Shown: piece after piece, positions 30,601 through 40,639 of the stretch
How positions within the stretch are numbered: the first letter of the stretch is position 1
Layout of the letters: each line of letters starts with the position of its first letter
IMG/VR virus record: IMGVR_UViG_3300031784_000007
Length of the DNA stretch: 64,000 nucleotides
Source of the DNA: a virus
Taxonomy: Duplodnaviria; Heunggongvirae; Uroviricota; Caudoviricetes
Strand: one strand, 5' to 3'
The notes under the pieces: generated by a model
Told to the model about the DNA's origin: nothing
What the model saw: the letters and a program-made list of their open reading frames with translations, nothing else
The model's database searches: none
Made by a program: the position numbers and the translations under genes

Positions 30601-30628
30601 GATAAATACAAACAATATGGTATTTATA
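30601..30628. promoter_or_regulatory. Back-to-back divergent late motifs
   Basis: TATTTATC on the minus strand (30601-8) and TATTTATA on the plus strand (30621-8) in a 50-nt gap. Confidence 0.65.
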
Positions 30629-30644
30629 GATAAACTGTTTCAAT

Positions 30645-31376
30645 ATGTCTGAACATAAATATAAAACAAAAAAGGAAGCTTTAGACGCAGCTGAAAAACT
30701 TGGTTGTCTTGGATATCACAAAATGGGTGATGATTCGTATATGCCGTGTAAATCACACGAAAGATTTAAAAAATTAAATTCAACAAAAACTAAAGAAGAA
30801 CCCGAAGGTGAACTTGAAGAATTTGTGGATGCCGATGGTACAATGTTGAATTCTAAGATTCCAATTTTAGACCCAGCATTACACCCAAGAAAAACTATGG
30901 ACCAAACCGTTCAAGCTGCAAGAAATGTTTATGACATTTTTAGAATGGGTTATAGAAGATATTTTAGTGAGTCGGCTAAAGAAATTGAAGAGCATGATAT
31001 GGAACATGCGTTTTCTTATGATGAAACCAAATTTATGAACGCCAAAGAAACAATAAAATATTTGGAAAAAGAATTAGGTTTGGATAGTGAGGATGCTAAA
31101 GACAGAGCAAAGGAAATGGGTAAAGACCCAAAGATGGATAAAAAATCTAAATTTAAAGACGATAAGAATTTTGTTAATCGTGGTGTAATTGCGGAAAAAG
31201 ATGTTGATGAAGTTAAAGAAGAAATTATTTCAAAAAAATCTAATGACCAAGAAATTACAGAAAAATCTAAAATTTCATCAAAGGTAATTTCAAGAAATGT
31301 AACCGCACTTAAAAAACAGGCGGAAAAAGAAGGTATATCAATAAACGACTTAATAAAAATGTTGAAAAGTGAATAA
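30645..31376 (+). CDS. Hypothetical late protein with an N-terminal C-H-C-H motif
   Basis: AAEKLGCLGYHKMGDDSYMPCKSHE; TATTTATA upstream. Confidence 0.6.
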   Translation: MSEHKYKTKKEALDAAEKLGCLGYHKMGDDSYMPCKSHERFKKLNSTKTKEEPEGELEEFVDADGTMLNSKIPILDPALHPRKTMDQTVQAARNVYDIFRMGYRRYFSESAKEIEEHDMEHAFSYDETKFMNAKETIKYLEKELGLDSEDAKDRAKEMGKDPKMDKKSKFKDDKNFVNRGVIAEKDVDEVKEEIISKKSNDQEITEKSKISSKVISRNVTALKKQAEKEGISINDLIKMLKSE

Positions 31377-31830
31377 AGACCTGTATGGTAAGGAATATCA
31401 AATTCCACCACATTTATTAAACATGATTGCGAAAGGTTTAGCTAAGTATTCAAATCAGAGTACTGAAAATGTTAAACGTGCACAAGATTTAATATCAACA
31501 GGTAATGCAACTTATCAACAATTAAAAAGAATAAAAAACTGGTTTGAATCAAACTCCAATACATCAAACCCTGAATTTCATCTTTTAGGTGGTGGAGCGT
31601 TTAAAGGATGGGTTGACCAAACATTAGACTCAGATAGAGGGGCAATTGATTTATCTAAAAAAGCAAAGAGTGTTGCGATGTCAAATCAATACAGTGACGA
31701 ACACGAAAAAAATAATGACTTGAGAAAAGATTTCAGACCAAGTCAATCACATAAAAAAAGTGGGCACAAAATAACAGGTGTTCATGAAGAAATTGAAAGA
31801 ATAAACACGTGGTTTAAAATATTAATATAA
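31369..31830 (+). CDS. Hypothetical late protein
   Basis: 153-aa ORF translationally coupled within the operon. Confidence 0.6.
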   Translation: MNKDLYGKEYQIPPHLLNMIAKGLAKYSNQSTENVKRAQDLISTGNATYQQLKRIKNWFESNSNTSNPEFHLLGGGAFKGWVDQTLDSDRGAIDLSKKAKSVAMSNQYSDEHEKNNDLRKDFRPSQSHKKSGHKITGVHEEIERINTWFKILI

Positions 31831-32135
31831 TGAGTACACAAAACGACAGATTAGATTTTTCGCAACCTGCTGGTGACAACAATCAGTTAAGTTTTTATGC
31901 GGAACAACAAAGAGCAAAATTATTTCCGAGAAATGATTTTAACACAAAGAATCAATACGGTCCAACAAACAAAGACGCATTAGCAGACGGTGACGCTATG
32001 GGTAGAGGGACTGGTGGATTTTTGGACGTTAACAATGATAAAATTGGAAATAGTGCTGATATTATGGATAGAATTGATAATATCAAAACAAACAAATATA
32101 ACTCAAAAGCACCTTATACAACACCAACACCATAA
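31830..32135 (+). CDS. Hypothetical late protein
   Basis: 101-aa ORF with TAATG coupling at both ends. Confidence 0.6.
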   Translation: MSTQNDRLDFSQPAGDNNQLSFYAEQQRAKLFPRNDFNTKNQYGPTNKDALADGDAMGRGTGGFLDVNNDKIGNSADIMDRIDNIKTNKYNSKAPYTTPTP

Positions 32136-32542
32136 TGAAACTTTTTTCATCATTTAAAGATGTATTAACTGAAGCAGTGTCTTTTGATGACTTACAAAAA
32201 GCCATCAAAAGCTTGGATGTTATTACAATTACTTACGATGGTGATGAACCGGGCGGTAAAGGATATAGAACTGTTTACCCCGTTTGTTTGGGTAGGTCAA
32301 AATCTGGTAATTTGGTTTTAAGAGCTTATGATATTGAAGGAGCATCCCACAGAGCATCACTTGGATTAAAACCTTTACCGAGTTGGAGAATGTTTAGAAT
32401 TGATAAAACATTTACTTTTAACCGAACTGGTGAGAAATTTAATGAACTACCTGTGGACTATAACCCAAATGGAGATAAATCAATGACACAAGTTTACATA
32501 AACGCAAAACTAGGTCAAACCCCTGAAGAAATAATAGCATAA
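32135..32542 (+). CDS. Stand-alone WYL-domain protein
   Basis: ITITYD..G..R.VYPV.L...GNLVLRAY..WRMFRIDK (WYL-type R.FR.D); no HTH. Confidence 0.72.
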   Translation: MKLFSSFKDVLTEAVSFDDLQKAIKSLDVITITYDGDEPGGKGYRTVYPVCLGRSKSGNLVLRAYDIEGASHRASLGLKPLPSWRMFRIDKTFTFNRTGEKFNELPVDYNPNGDKSMTQVYINAKLGQTPEEIIA

Positions 32543-32543
32543 T

Positions 32544-33134
32544 ATGAGCAACGATTTAATGGCAAAATTAGCCTTATCCAAAAAAATAATGGATAGACAC
32601 CAAGTAATACCAAGAGGTAATGCAAGTGGTACCCCAAATTATAATACACCAATGGTTGAAAACTACGAAGCAGTTCCTGCAACTTATAACATACCACAAG
32701 AATACGCCTCTGATACATCTTTATCAGAAGTTAAACAACCTGAATTACCAACACAAGATAGAATTTTAAATTCAAAATTACCTGATGAAATAAAACAATT
32801 AATGATTGAAAACCCAATTGCTCAAGCAAGTTTACCGGGAACTACAAATGTTTTATCTAATGAAATTATTGAAGGAGCACAAAAGTTAATGGGAACAACA
32901 CCCAAAAAACAAAGCCAACCTCAATCAAATAATACATCCGGTTTTGACATGAATGCATTAAAAACAATGATTAGAGACACTGTTAGAGACACAGTTAGAG
33001 ATGTGGTTAGAGAAGAATTATCTAAATCAGGAATTATTGTTGAAAATGAACAAAAAACTAATGAATTTCTAAGTTTAAAAGTTGGTAAACATCTTTTTGA
33101 AGGTAAGGTTACAAAAATTAAAAAGATTCAATAA
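32544..33134 (+). CDS. Hypothetical protein
   Basis: 196-aa ORF, last gene of the operon. Confidence 0.6.
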   Translation: MSNDLMAKLALSKKIMDRHQVIPRGNASGTPNYNTPMVENYEAVPATYNIPQEYASDTSLSEVKQPELPTQDRILNSKLPDEIKQLMIENPIAQASLPGTTNVLSNEIIEGAQKLMGTTPKKQSQPQSNNTSGFDMNALKTMIRDTVRDTVRDVVREELSKSGIIVENEQKTNEFLSLKVGKHLFEGKVTKIKKIQ

Positions 33135-33182
33135 GGTTTGATTATTCAATTAATATTTCTATATTTTAAGAAATATTAACAT

Positions 33183-34394
33183 ATGTCAAAGATTAAAATA
33201 CTAGTTTTACCATCAGACAGAACGGGAGTTGGTAAATTTCGTTCAATCGAACCTCACATTTTTTTACAGAATAAATACCCTGAAGATTTTCACGTAGATA
33301 TTGATTTTGAACCAAAAATGGATGATATATCCTATTGGACAAAATACGATATGGTTTGTTTTCACAGGAGTTTGAATCCTGATTATGATAAATCCAATAC
33401 ACTAATCCAAGTTTTAAATAGCTTAGGTATTATTACCGTGATGGATTTAGATGACTATTGGCTACCCACAAAAGAACATCCAGCATATCATTTAGTTGTA
33501 CAACACAAAATTCATGAAAAAATTTTAGCGAACATCAAGGTCGCAAAATATGTGACGACAACTACATCTATTTTTGCAGATGAAATTAAAAAGTATAACA
33601 AAAATGTATTTGTTTTACCAAACGCTATTAATCCAAATGAACAACAATTTATGGAACCAACAAAACCATCAGAAAAATTACGATTTGGTTGGTTAGGTGG
33701 TTCTTCACACTTGCATGATTTGGGATTAATGAAAGGTTTTACAGATGCTATTGGTCAAGAATTTAGAGATAAGTCACAAATATTTCTTTGTGGTTTTGAT
33801 ACAAGAGGAACAATGACTGAAATTAACGCACAAACTGGTGAACAAAAACAAAGAGCAATTCTACCACAAGAAACTGTGTGGGCGAGATATGAAGAAATTT
33901 TTACAAAAAATTATGAATTCACAACACCTGAATACAAGGATTATTTGATGAAATTTAGACAAGACTCTTGGAATGGTAGTGAACAATTTTATAATCGTGT
34001 TTGGACTGAACCAGTGACATCTTACGCGAAAAACTACGCTAAATTTGATGTGTCTTTGGCACCAATTATGAATCACACATTTAATAGAGTTAAATCACAA
34101 TTGAAGGTAATTGAAGCTGGTTTTTATAAAAAAGCAATTGTGGCATCAAATATTGGTCCTTACACAATTGATTTGAAACATTCATTGGAAAATGGTAACT
34201 TTGTTGATGGAAATGCAATCTTAGTTGAGGAAAAAAGAAATCATTCAGATTGGGCTAAAGCAATGAAAAAACTAATTCAAAACCCAACATGGGCGGCAGA
34301 TTTAGGTGAAAGATTATACGAAACAGTAAAAGACAAATACGATTTAAATATTGTTACAGACCATAGAGCACAACTTTACAAATCATTAAAATAA
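33183..34394 (+). CDS. Glycosyltransferase, GT-B (GT4-like)
   Basis: MDLDDYW, VTTTT..FA, VLPNAI, FGWLGGSSH, KSQLKVIEAG..AIVASNIGPY. Confidence 0.85.
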   Translation: MSKIKILVLPSDRTGVGKFRSIEPHIFLQNKYPEDFHVDIDFEPKMDDISYWTKYDMVCFHRSLNPDYDKSNTLIQVLNSLGIITVMDLDDYWLPTKEHPAYHLVVQHKIHEKILANIKVAKYVTTTTSIFADEIKKYNKNVFVLPNAINPNEQQFMEPTKPSEKLRFGWLGGSSHLHDLGLMKGFTDAIGQEFRDKSQIFLCGFDTRGTMTEINAQTGEQKQRAILPQETVWARYEEIFTKNYEFTTPEYKDYLMKFRQDSWNGSEQFYNRVWTEPVTSYAKNYAKFDVSLAPIMNHTFNRVKSQLKVIEAGFYKKAIVASNIGPYTIDLKHSLENGNFVDGNAILVEEKRNHSDWAKAMKKLIQNPTWAADLGERLYETVKDKYDLNIVTDHRAQLYKSLK

Positions 34395-34395
34395 A

Positions 34396-35103
34396 ATGTT
34401 ACCATATCCAAAAACCAAATTATTATTCTTTGACTTGGAAACTGTTGGTGGTTATCCAACACTAAAAGAATTTGAAAAAAGTAATCCTGAACTTCATAAA
34501 GTTTTTATGAAATATCAAGATTGGTTTATTAAAAAATTTCCTGAGGACAAAGACAAAACACCTGAGGAAATTTACGAAACAAGAGCCGCTCTTGTTCCTG
34601 AATTTGCCAAAATTGTTGTGGCAAGTTTTGCTTTTATTTCACCTGATGGAAAAATGCAAATGCAAACATTCGCGTTGGACGATGAAAAACAACTACTTAA
34701 AAATACAATTCAACTTTTAAATAAGGTTCACAAACTTAATTTTTTTATGTGTGGACATAACATTAAAGGGTTTGATATTCCAATGTTGGCAAAACGGATG
34801 ATGATTAATGGTTTTGTACCACCGGCAATTATCCCAACCGCAGATACCAAGCCATGGGAAATTAAAGCCCTTGATACAAAAGAATTATGGAATGGTACAA
34901 ACCCATTCACAATCGCGTCGTTAGAATTGATTTCAGTATCAATGGGTTGTGAATCATCAAAAGGTGGACCTGTTACTGGTGGTGTTGTTCACCACTCTTA
35001 TTGGGAAGCAGGAATTCTTGATAAAATTGCGGAATACTGTGAAGACGATGTAAAAGCGTTGGTAGACTTAATAGAAAAATTTGATAAATTACAATATGTT
35101 TAA
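34396..35103 (+). CDS. DEDD-family 3'-5' exonuclease (stand-alone PolB-exo-like)
   Basis: FFDLETV, GHNIKGFDIP, YCEDDV. Confidence 0.85.
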   Translation: MLPYPKTKLLFFDLETVGGYPTLKEFEKSNPELHKVFMKYQDWFIKKFPEDKDKTPEEIYETRAALVPEFAKIVVASFAFISPDGKMQMQTFALDDEKQLLKNTIQLLNKVHKLNFFMCGHNIKGFDIPMLAKRMMINGFVPPAIIPTADTKPWEIKALDTKELWNGTNPFTIASLELISVSMGCESSKGGPVTGGVVHHSYWEAGILDKIAEYCEDDVKALVDLIEKFDKLQYV

Positions 35104-35692
35104 AAATCTAAAACAAATGAATAGTTTAATTTCTGAAATGAAGAAATTAACAAATGACCCAAATGCTTTGAAAGACCCACAAGCAATGATGGAATCTATG
35201 GGTATTGACCAAGATGAAATTGAAAAACAATTATCGGGTTTATTAACCAAAAAAGCAACTTTAAAATTTACCAAAATTCATCCTGATTCGGTTGAACCAA
35301 AGTATAACTATGAAAGTGATTCAGGATTTGATTTACACTCAACCGAAGATTTGGAAGTTGGTCCATTTGGTAGAATTTTGGTACCAACAGGATTAAGATT
35401 TGATATTCCAATGGGTCATGAAATACAAGTAAGACCAAAGAGCGGTTTAGCTCTTAAACAAGGTTTAACTGTATTAAACACACCGGGAACAGTAGATGCT
35501 GGATATGACGGTGAAGTAAAAGTTATTGTATATAATACAAATAATCACGTTGTAATAATACCAAAAGGTATGAAAATTGCACAAGCAGTTTTATGTCCAG
35601 TAATAAATGGTAAATTTGTAACACTACACGAAGTAATCGAATTAGATGAAAAAGAACGAGGCTCAAACGGATTTGGTTCAACAGGAATCTAA
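35096..35692 (+). CDS. dut: Trimeric dUTPase with a ~55-aa N-terminal extension
   Basis: SGFDL, RPKSGLA, GTVDAGYDGEV, KIAQAV, RGSNGFGSTG. Confidence 0.93.
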   Translation: MFKNLKQMNSLISEMKKLTNDPNALKDPQAMMESMGIDQDEIEKQLSGLLTKKATLKFTKIHPDSVEPKYNYESDSGFDLHSTEDLEVGPFGRILVPTGLRFDIPMGHEIQVRPKSGLALKQGLTVLNTPGTVDAGYDGEVKVIVYNTNNHVVIIPKGMKIAQAVLCPVINGKFVTLHEVIELDEKERGSNGFGSTGI

Positions 35693-36068
35693 TACTAGTC
35701 CTGTGTTGGCAAATGGTGTTAAGAACTATCTAATTGACATTGATGGTACAGTAACTGAAGATGTGCCAAATGAAGAATCTGAACGTATGGCAACTTGTTT
35801 ACCATATGAAGGTTCGGTAGATATGATTAACACTTGGTATGATGATGGACATATTATAACATTCTTCACATCGAGGACTGATGAACATGAAATAGTAACC
35901 AAACAATGGTTAGATAAACATGGTTTCAAATACCACAACTTGTTACTTAATAAACCAAGAGGTGGAAACTATCATTGGATTGATAATCACATTGTACGAG
36001 CGACTCGTTATGATGGTAAATGGGGTGAATTAGTTAAAAAAGAACACACAATAGAAGTATTTGAATAA
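35646..36068 (+). CDS. Small HAD phosphatase (capsule-biosynthesis phosphatase-like)
   Basis: YLIDIDGTV, FFTSRT, KPRGG..IDN. Start uncertain because it overlaps dut. Confidence 0.75.
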   Translation: MKKNEAQTDLVQQESNTSPVLANGVKNYLIDIDGTVTEDVPNEESERMATCLPYEGSVDMINTWYDDGHIITFFTSRTDEHEIVTKQWLDKHGFKYHNLLLNKPRGGNYHWIDNHIVRATRYDGKWGELVKKEHTIEVFE

Positions 36069-37708
36069 TGATTACAATTGGATATAGTACCCGAAGTTCA
36101 AAACCTGAACTACAAGAATATTTTAAAAAAACTTGTGGTGTAAAAAATATACAGGTTATTGAAAAAGTTAACCCAAATGGTCAGTCGTTGACTGACGTTT
36201 ATAACGATATTTTAAATGAATCTGAAAATGACATTGTGGTACTTTGTCACGATGACATTTATTTTGATAACAAGAGTTGGGGATTTAAGATTTTGGAACA
36301 CTTTAAAAAGACCGATTATGGTATCTTAGGGGTTGCAGGTTCAACTAACTTACCTAAGTCAGGTATGTGGTGGGAAGACCGTCGCAAAATGGTTGGTATT
36401 GTAAATCACGAACACGAGGGTAAAAAATGGGAATCAAAATATTCAAATGATTTAGGGAACAAAATTCATCAGACAGTTTTGATTGATGGATTGTTTATGG
36501 TTGTGAATAAAAGTAGAATCCAAGAAAATTTTGATACCAATGTTAAAGGTTTTCATTTGTATGATGTTGATTTTTGTTTTAGAAATTACATTAAAGATGT
36601 AAAAATTGGTGTAATGTTCAATATTAGAATAACCCATAAATCAATTGGAATGACAAATGAACAATGGGATTTAAACAGACAAGAATTTTCAAACAAATAC
36701 CAAGACCAATTACCTATTAAAATCAAAAAAACAAAAGAAGATAAATTAAAAATTCTTTTATCTTGTTTAAATTTTAAAACATTTACAGGTTCAGAAGTTT
36801 ATGTTTATGAATTAGCCAAAGGATTAGTTAAAATGGGTCACGATGTTACAGTTTTATCTGAAATTGGTGGTCCGTTAACTGATAAAGCAAAAAAGATTGG
36901 TATTAAAGTTAGACCATTTAGTGAACCGCCAGGTTTTAAAATGGGTGATGGTAAATGGTCAGTGTCAACACCAAACGGTGTTGAGGTTTCTAAAGAAGGT
37001 ATGCTGTACAAAATACAAGATATTAACTACGATATTATTCACGTTCAACATGAACCAGTTACTAATATGGTACTACAATTATACCCAAATATTGAAAAAA
37101 TTGCCACCATTCATTCAGAAGTTATTGATTTAGAAAAACCTGTGAAACATGAATCAATTAAGAGATATATCGCAATTAGACCTGAAATTAAGGAACATAT
37201 TGTTGAGCAAGATGAAATTACTGAATCACTAGTTGATGTTATTTATAACCCAATTGATGATACAAGGTTTAATGAAAAAGAAACCACAGAAGAAAATGCC
37301 GTGTTGTTTGTTGGAACAATAGATTATCTAAGAGAACAAACAATTAAAGATTTGATTGAATATACTAATGAAAATCAAATGGAATTGTGGATTGTAGGTG
37401 AAAACAAATCAGATTATTTAAATGATATTTTATTAAACAAACACGTCAAAAGATTTACACCAACTTGGAATACCGAAACATTTATTAGAAAGGCAAAAGA
37501 AACTGCTGGTATTCTTTTAGGTAGAACAACAATTGAAAGTTGGATGTGTGGTAAAAAATCTTGGATATATAACGTAGACAAATCAGGTGGCATTTTATCA
37601 AAAGAATTGGTTTCTCCACCACAAGATATAAATAAATTTTATGGTTCAACAGTTTGTGAAAAATTGGTGGACTCTTACCTTAATATTATCAATGAAACTT
37701 TTAATTAA
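36068..37708 (+). CDS. Bifunctional glycosyltransferase (N-terminal GT-A/GT2-like, C-terminal GT-B/GT4-like)
   Basis: VVLCHDD, IDGLF, GFHLYDVD; then TGSEVYVYELAKGL..GHDVTV and GRTTIESW. Confidence 0.82.
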   Translation: MITIGYSTRSSKPELQEYFKKTCGVKNIQVIEKVNPNGQSLTDVYNDILNESENDIVVLCHDDIYFDNKSWGFKILEHFKKTDYGILGVAGSTNLPKSGMWWEDRRKMVGIVNHEHEGKKWESKYSNDLGNKIHQTVLIDGLFMVVNKSRIQENFDTNVKGFHLYDVDFCFRNYIKDVKIGVMFNIRITHKSIGMTNEQWDLNRQEFSNKYQDQLPIKIKKTKEDKLKILLSCLNFKTFTGSEVYVYELAKGLVKMGHDVTVLSEIGGPLTDKAKKIGIKVRPFSEPPGFKMGDGKWSVSTPNGVEVSKEGMLYKIQDINYDIIHVQHEPVTNMVLQLYPNIEKIATIHSEVIDLEKPVKHESIKRYIAIRPEIKEHIVEQDEITESLVDVIYNPIDDTRFNEKETTEENAVLFVGTIDYLREQTIKDLIEYTNENQMELWIVGENKSDYLNDILLNKHVKRFTPTWNTETFIRKAKETAGILLGRTTIESWMCGKKSWIYNVDKSGGILSKELVSPPQDINKFYGSTVCEKLVDSYLNIINETFN

Positions 37709-38354
37709 ATTTCCGACAAGGTCCCGTAGAAAACAATTCTTTGAAACCTTTAACAGGTATCAAGAATACATAAGTGAACCCACCACAAGGTTTTTAATTA
37801 CCATAGATGAGGATGACTCAGACATGAACAATGATGAGGTACTGGCAATACTTGAATCATACGATAATGTATCTTTTGTAATTGGTCAAAGTAATTCTAA
37901 AATTCACGCAATTAACCGTGATATTGATACATCAGAAGATTGGGATATTATCTTATTGGCATCTGATGATATGATACCACAAGTTAAAGGGTTTGATAAA
38001 GTTATTAATACTTTGATGAACGCAAATTACCCTGACACAGATGGAATCCTTTTCTTTAATGATGGATTTAAAGGTCAAGAATTAAACACATTGTGTATTT
38101 TGGGTAAGAAATATTATGAAAGATTTAATTACATTTATTATCCTGAATATAAATCAGTTTGGTGTGATAATGAGTTTATGTTAGTCGGAAACTTACTAAG
38201 AAAACAAAAGTATTTCCCAATGGTTATTATCAAACATGAACACCCTGATTGGGGATATGGTAAACATGACGTAATACACAATAAAAATCATTCAGACTTG
38301 TCTTTTGATATGAATTTATTTAAAGATAGACAATCCAAAAATTTCTACATATGA
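37692..38354 (+). CDS. Glycosyltransferase, GT-A-like
   Basis: KFPTRSR, IDEDD, LASDDM, WCDNEF..H.H. ATG at 37692 preferred over the track start. Confidence 0.75.
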   Translation: MKLLIKFPTRSRRKQFFETFNRYQEYISEPTTRFLITIDEDDSDMNNDEVLAILESYDNVSFVIGQSNSKIHAINRDIDTSEDWDIILLASDDMIPQVKGFDKVINTLMNANYPDTDGILFFNDGFKGQELNTLCILGKKYYERFNYIYYPEYKSVWCDNEFMLVGNLLRKQKYFPMVIIKHEHPDWGYGKHDVIHNKNHSDLSFDMNLFKDRQSKNFYI

Positions 38355-39010
38355 AAAAAATCATATCATTTTGTTTGTGGGGTGATAATCCAAAATACAC
38401 AATCGGAGCGATTGAAAACGCCAAATTAGCAAAAACAATATATCCTGATTGGACATGTAGATTTTATGTTGGTACTTCAACACCCGATGAAATTTGGGAT
38501 GAATTATACGACATGGACAATACCGAAATGATTAATATGGAAATTGATGGTAATTGGTCAGGAATGTTTTGGAGATTTTATCCAGCGTCTGAAAATGACG
38601 TAGATGTTTTTATTGTCAGAGACACTGATTCAAGATTAAGTCAAAGAGAAAAAGAAGCCGTTGATGAATGGTTATCATCAGATAAAGGATTACATATTAT
38701 GAGGGACCATCCTTTTCATAATAGTTTAATTATGGGTGGTATGTGGGGAATGAAAAAAGACACGTTTCCTAAAATGAAGGAACTGATTGACATCTACAAG
38801 GGAGGTGATTTTTGGCAAGTTGACCAAAACTTTTTAAATGAAATGGTTTACCCTTTGTGTAAAAATAATACCATTATACATGACGAATTCATGAATTTTG
38901 AAAGTTGGAAAAAACCATTTCCAAGTGAAAGAAAAGACAAGGAATTTGTTGGTGATGTTTTTGATGAACATAATCAAAGACACCCAGAATATTATACATT
39001 TATACCATGA
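38351..39010 (+). CDS. Putative glycosyltransferase (GT-A-like)
   Basis: SFCLWG..Y..GA, FWRF, RDTDSR (DxD), MRDHP.H, DQ.FL. Confidence 0.6.
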   Translation: MKKIISFCLWGDNPKYTIGAIENAKLAKTIYPDWTCRFYVGTSTPDEIWDELYDMDNTEMINMEIDGNWSGMFWRFYPASENDVDVFIVRDTDSRLSQREKEAVDEWLSSDKGLHIMRDHPFHNSLIMGGMWGMKKDTFPKMKELIDIYKGGDFWQVDQNFLNEMVYPLCKNNTIIHDEFMNFESWKKPFPSERKDKEFVGDVFDEHNQRHPEYYTFIP

Positions 39011-39867
39011 AAATACTAATAATACAAGAAGCCGGAAGAAATGAACCAAACAAAGAATTTAGAGAGGCCAAAAATTTTCATAGGGGATTTCAAAAATTAG
39101 GGATTGATAGCGTCGTATGGGGGTTAAACCATGAAAATTTCAATATCCCTTACAATGAAATATCTAAAGATTGTGATGTTATTTTTTTATTAGAAAATTA
39201 TGAAACAGGTGGATGGGTACCCGATTTATCAAATGAAAAAAAATTAAAATTGTTTTGGTCTATTGATTCTCATTGTGTACCCACATCACATTTTAACACC
39301 GCAAAAAACCATAATATTGATATTGTACTTTATGCGGTATATAATCACGGAAAATTATTTGGTAGTCGTAAAACAATTTATTTACCTAATGCATATCCAG
39401 ATGATTTAATTTACCCCATTAATGAAATTGAAAAAATTAATGATGTTGGGTTTTGTGGTTCTATTTTAAATCGACAATCACATTTAAATTTATTATCAAA
39501 AAATTTTAATTTTAAAAATGATACTTTTGTTTTGGGACAAAAAATGGTTGAGACTATTAACTCATATAAAATTCATTTTAATAGAAATTTATCTGATGAT
39601 ATTAATTTTAGAACGTTTGAGACTTTAGGGTGTAAAACGTTTTTAATAACAAACCCAACACCAGGTATTAATGAATTATTTGAGATTGATAAACATTTAG
39701 TTGTTTATAAAAATAACGATGAATTAATTGAAAAAATAAAATATTATTTAGATAATGAAAATGAAAGAAAATTGATTGAAAATCAAGGTTATGAATTTGT
39801 TAGAGAAAACCACACTTATTTTCAAAGAGCTAAACAAATTGTAAAAATAATAGAAGAAAATGTTTGA
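39007..39867 (+). CDS. CgeB-like glycosyltransferase (GT-B)
   Basis: DVGFCGS, SYKIHFN, NFRTFETLGC..FLIT, ELIEKIKYYL...R..I...GYE.V..HTY. Confidence 0.8.
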   Translation: MKILIIQEAGRNEPNKEFREAKNFHRGFQKLGIDSVVWGLNHENFNIPYNEISKDCDVIFLLENYETGGWVPDLSNEKKLKLFWSIDSHCVPTSHFNTAKNHNIDIVLYAVYNHGKLFGSRKTIYLPNAYPDDLIYPINEIEKINDVGFCGSILNRQSHLNLLSKNFNFKNDTFVLGQKMVETINSYKIHFNRNLSDDINFRTFETLGCKTFLITNPTPGINELFEIDKHLVVYKNNDELIEKIKYYLDNENERKLIENQGYEFVRENHTYFQRAKQIVKIIEENV

Positions 39868-40639
39868 TAGAATTGTCACAAGTACTAATGAAAATAGTAC
39901 TTATTTAGGATTTTGGGAGCTTCAAATTTTATCCCATAAAAAGTTTTTCCCTGAAAAAAAAATAACAATAGCTTTTTTAACCGATAGAACATATGAAGAT
40001 GAATTAGTTAAAGAAATGATTAGTTATGATATTGACGTACAGATATATAAACCAATTAATGGTATTCCCGAAGGAAACCATGCTAAAATATTAAGATACC
40101 TATGTGCATCACAATATGATAATGAAATTTGTTGTATTACTGATATGGATACAATACCATTGCAAAAAGAATATTTAACCAATCAAACTAATCTTAGAGA
40201 ACCAAATAAATTATTATGTATTGGTGCCGAGGTTTATAAAAACACACCCCACTATGGTAAATTTCCCGCACACCACATGACAGCTGAAGGAAAAATATTT
40301 AAACAATTATTTAACCCTAATAATTTAAATTATGAAGACAGTGTTAAAGAAATTTCAAATTTTAAAGTTTTTGATTCAAAAGAAAGCCTTGTTAATTCAA
40401 GGGATGGTTTTTCGGATGAATCATTAATTAGAGTTTTAATAGAAAAAAATAGTGTCCCTGTTCAACATATAGTAAGAAATGTTGACATATATAATGATTG
40501 GATTGATAGAAGTTGGTGGAATATTGATATTGAAAAATTAAAAAATTTAAAATATATAGAGTCAAATTTATTAAGACCTTATGATGAAAATAAACAACAA
40601 ATTGAACCAATTTTACAATTTTTAAAAGATGAATCATAA
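39860..40639 (+). CDS. Putative glycosyltransferase/glycan-modifying protein
   Basis: CITDMDTIPL (DxD), DE near the C-terminus; cluster context. Confidence 0.45.
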   Translation: MFDRIVTSTNENSTYLGFWELQILSHKKFFPEKKITIAFLTDRTYEDELVKEMISYDIDVQIYKPINGIPEGNHAKILRYLCASQYDNEICCITDMDTIPLQKEYLTNQTNLREPNKLLCIGAEVYKNTPHYGKFPAHHMTAEGKIFKQLFNPNNLNYEDSVKEISNFKVFDSKESLVNSRDGFSDESLIRVLIEKNSVPVQHIVRNVDIYNDWIDRSWWNIDIEKLKNLKYIESNLLRPYDENKQQIEPILQFLKDES

